Assembly (NCBI GenBank): GCA_016618085.1
Contig: JABLTG010000189.1
Coordinates: 1-35,112, forward strand
Origin: Neovahlkampfia damariscottae
Lineage: Eukaryota
DNA length: 35,112 nucleotides
Reading direction: 5' to 3'
Shown here piece after piece: positions 34,385-35,112 of the stretch (its first letter is position 1; the number at the start of each line of letters is the position of its first letter). Position numbers and translations under genes: made by a program. Under the pieces are notes generated by a model. It saw only the letters and a program-made list of their open reading frames with translations. It had not been told where the DNA came from and searched no databases.

Positions 34385-35112
34385 ATGATCAACAAAGGAA
34401 CAGTCCAAACGAAATTCCATCCACCCACTTGCATCAGAACCAAACTAAGATCATTAAGGACTTACAAAAGCTTCAAAATATATTGTCTAAAAAAATTGTA
34501 AGAAAAAAAACAAAATACATTAAAAAACCAGTTCATTGGAGAACGTTCTCTTTTTAGAAAGTATTCAATTACTTCAAACTATTGAAGATGAAAAACAAAA
34601 ACTTGAAAAAGCAAAAGAAATTTTTACAGAATTTTTAACAGAAGGTTCTCTATTGGGAAATTTCATGGAAAAAGAAAATATAAAAAAAATTGAAAAGAGA
34701 TTAACCATAAATTCATTTGAAGATTCAATCTTTTCAGAAATTCAAAAAATAGCAGAAAGTAAAGTTGAAGAAACTTTATTTCAATTTCAAAAAGAAAGAG
34801 AATCAAGAAAAAGTAATCCGAGTACACCTCAAGAAGAAAAATCAAAAAGATCAGTTTCTGTTCTTTTACAAGAAATATTTTTGCCAAATACAAAAAAAAG
34901 ATCAACTTCGTCAGCTTCGAACTCAAGTACTCCAACAACACCAAATACACCAACTAGTACTATATCAAATACAGAATTTGAATTAAAAAATCAAAACCAA
35001 ATTCGTCATGGTCATGGTCAAAAAAAAAATTCCATTGTACATTTTATTAACTTGAAGATTAAAAATCTCAAATCAAACAACTCAACACCAAAGTTAAAAA
35101 TTAATAAGAGAA
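34385..35112 (+). CDS. RGS-domain protein, 3' end beyond the window (intron 34498-34531)
   Basis: Spliced SFKIYCLKKFSLENVLFLESIQ...AKEIFTEFLTEGS...FSEIQK, then an S/T/P-rich tail. Confidence 0.8.

Overview
Very AT-rich, gene-dense eukaryotic (protist) nuclear DNA. Most genes carry ultrashort GT-AG introns of about 28-45 nt, and the short, often bidirectional, intergenic spacers contain CCAAT boxes. Gene content (two RGS proteins, a divergent G-alpha, tiny introns) suggests a heterolobosean/discoban amoeba; this is inference only. About 24 coding genes are supported, including Rac, an AIG1-like GTPase, PPR, G-alpha-like, two EF-hand paralogues, Cdc123/R2K ATP-grasp, RGS-START-like, GMC oxidoreductase, C2-PPPDE-like, condensation-domain acyltransferase, RimK-like ATP-grasp, RPC34, MED27, ENT, OGFr-like, selenoprotein SPS2 with a SECIS, and an Mx-like dynamin. 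RNA genes are tRNA-Leu(CAA), U5 snRNA and a probable H/ACA snoRNA. Two items stand out. (1) An ankyrin-repeat gene whose variable loop is encoded by a tandem array of near-identical 32-nt phase-0 introns separated by single-codon (3-nt) microexons. (2) A Pol III tRNA-shaped RNA carrying a 62-nt structured domain inserted in its D-loop and an aberrant CCA anticodon arm. All gene models were built by eye and were not checked against transcripts or databases.
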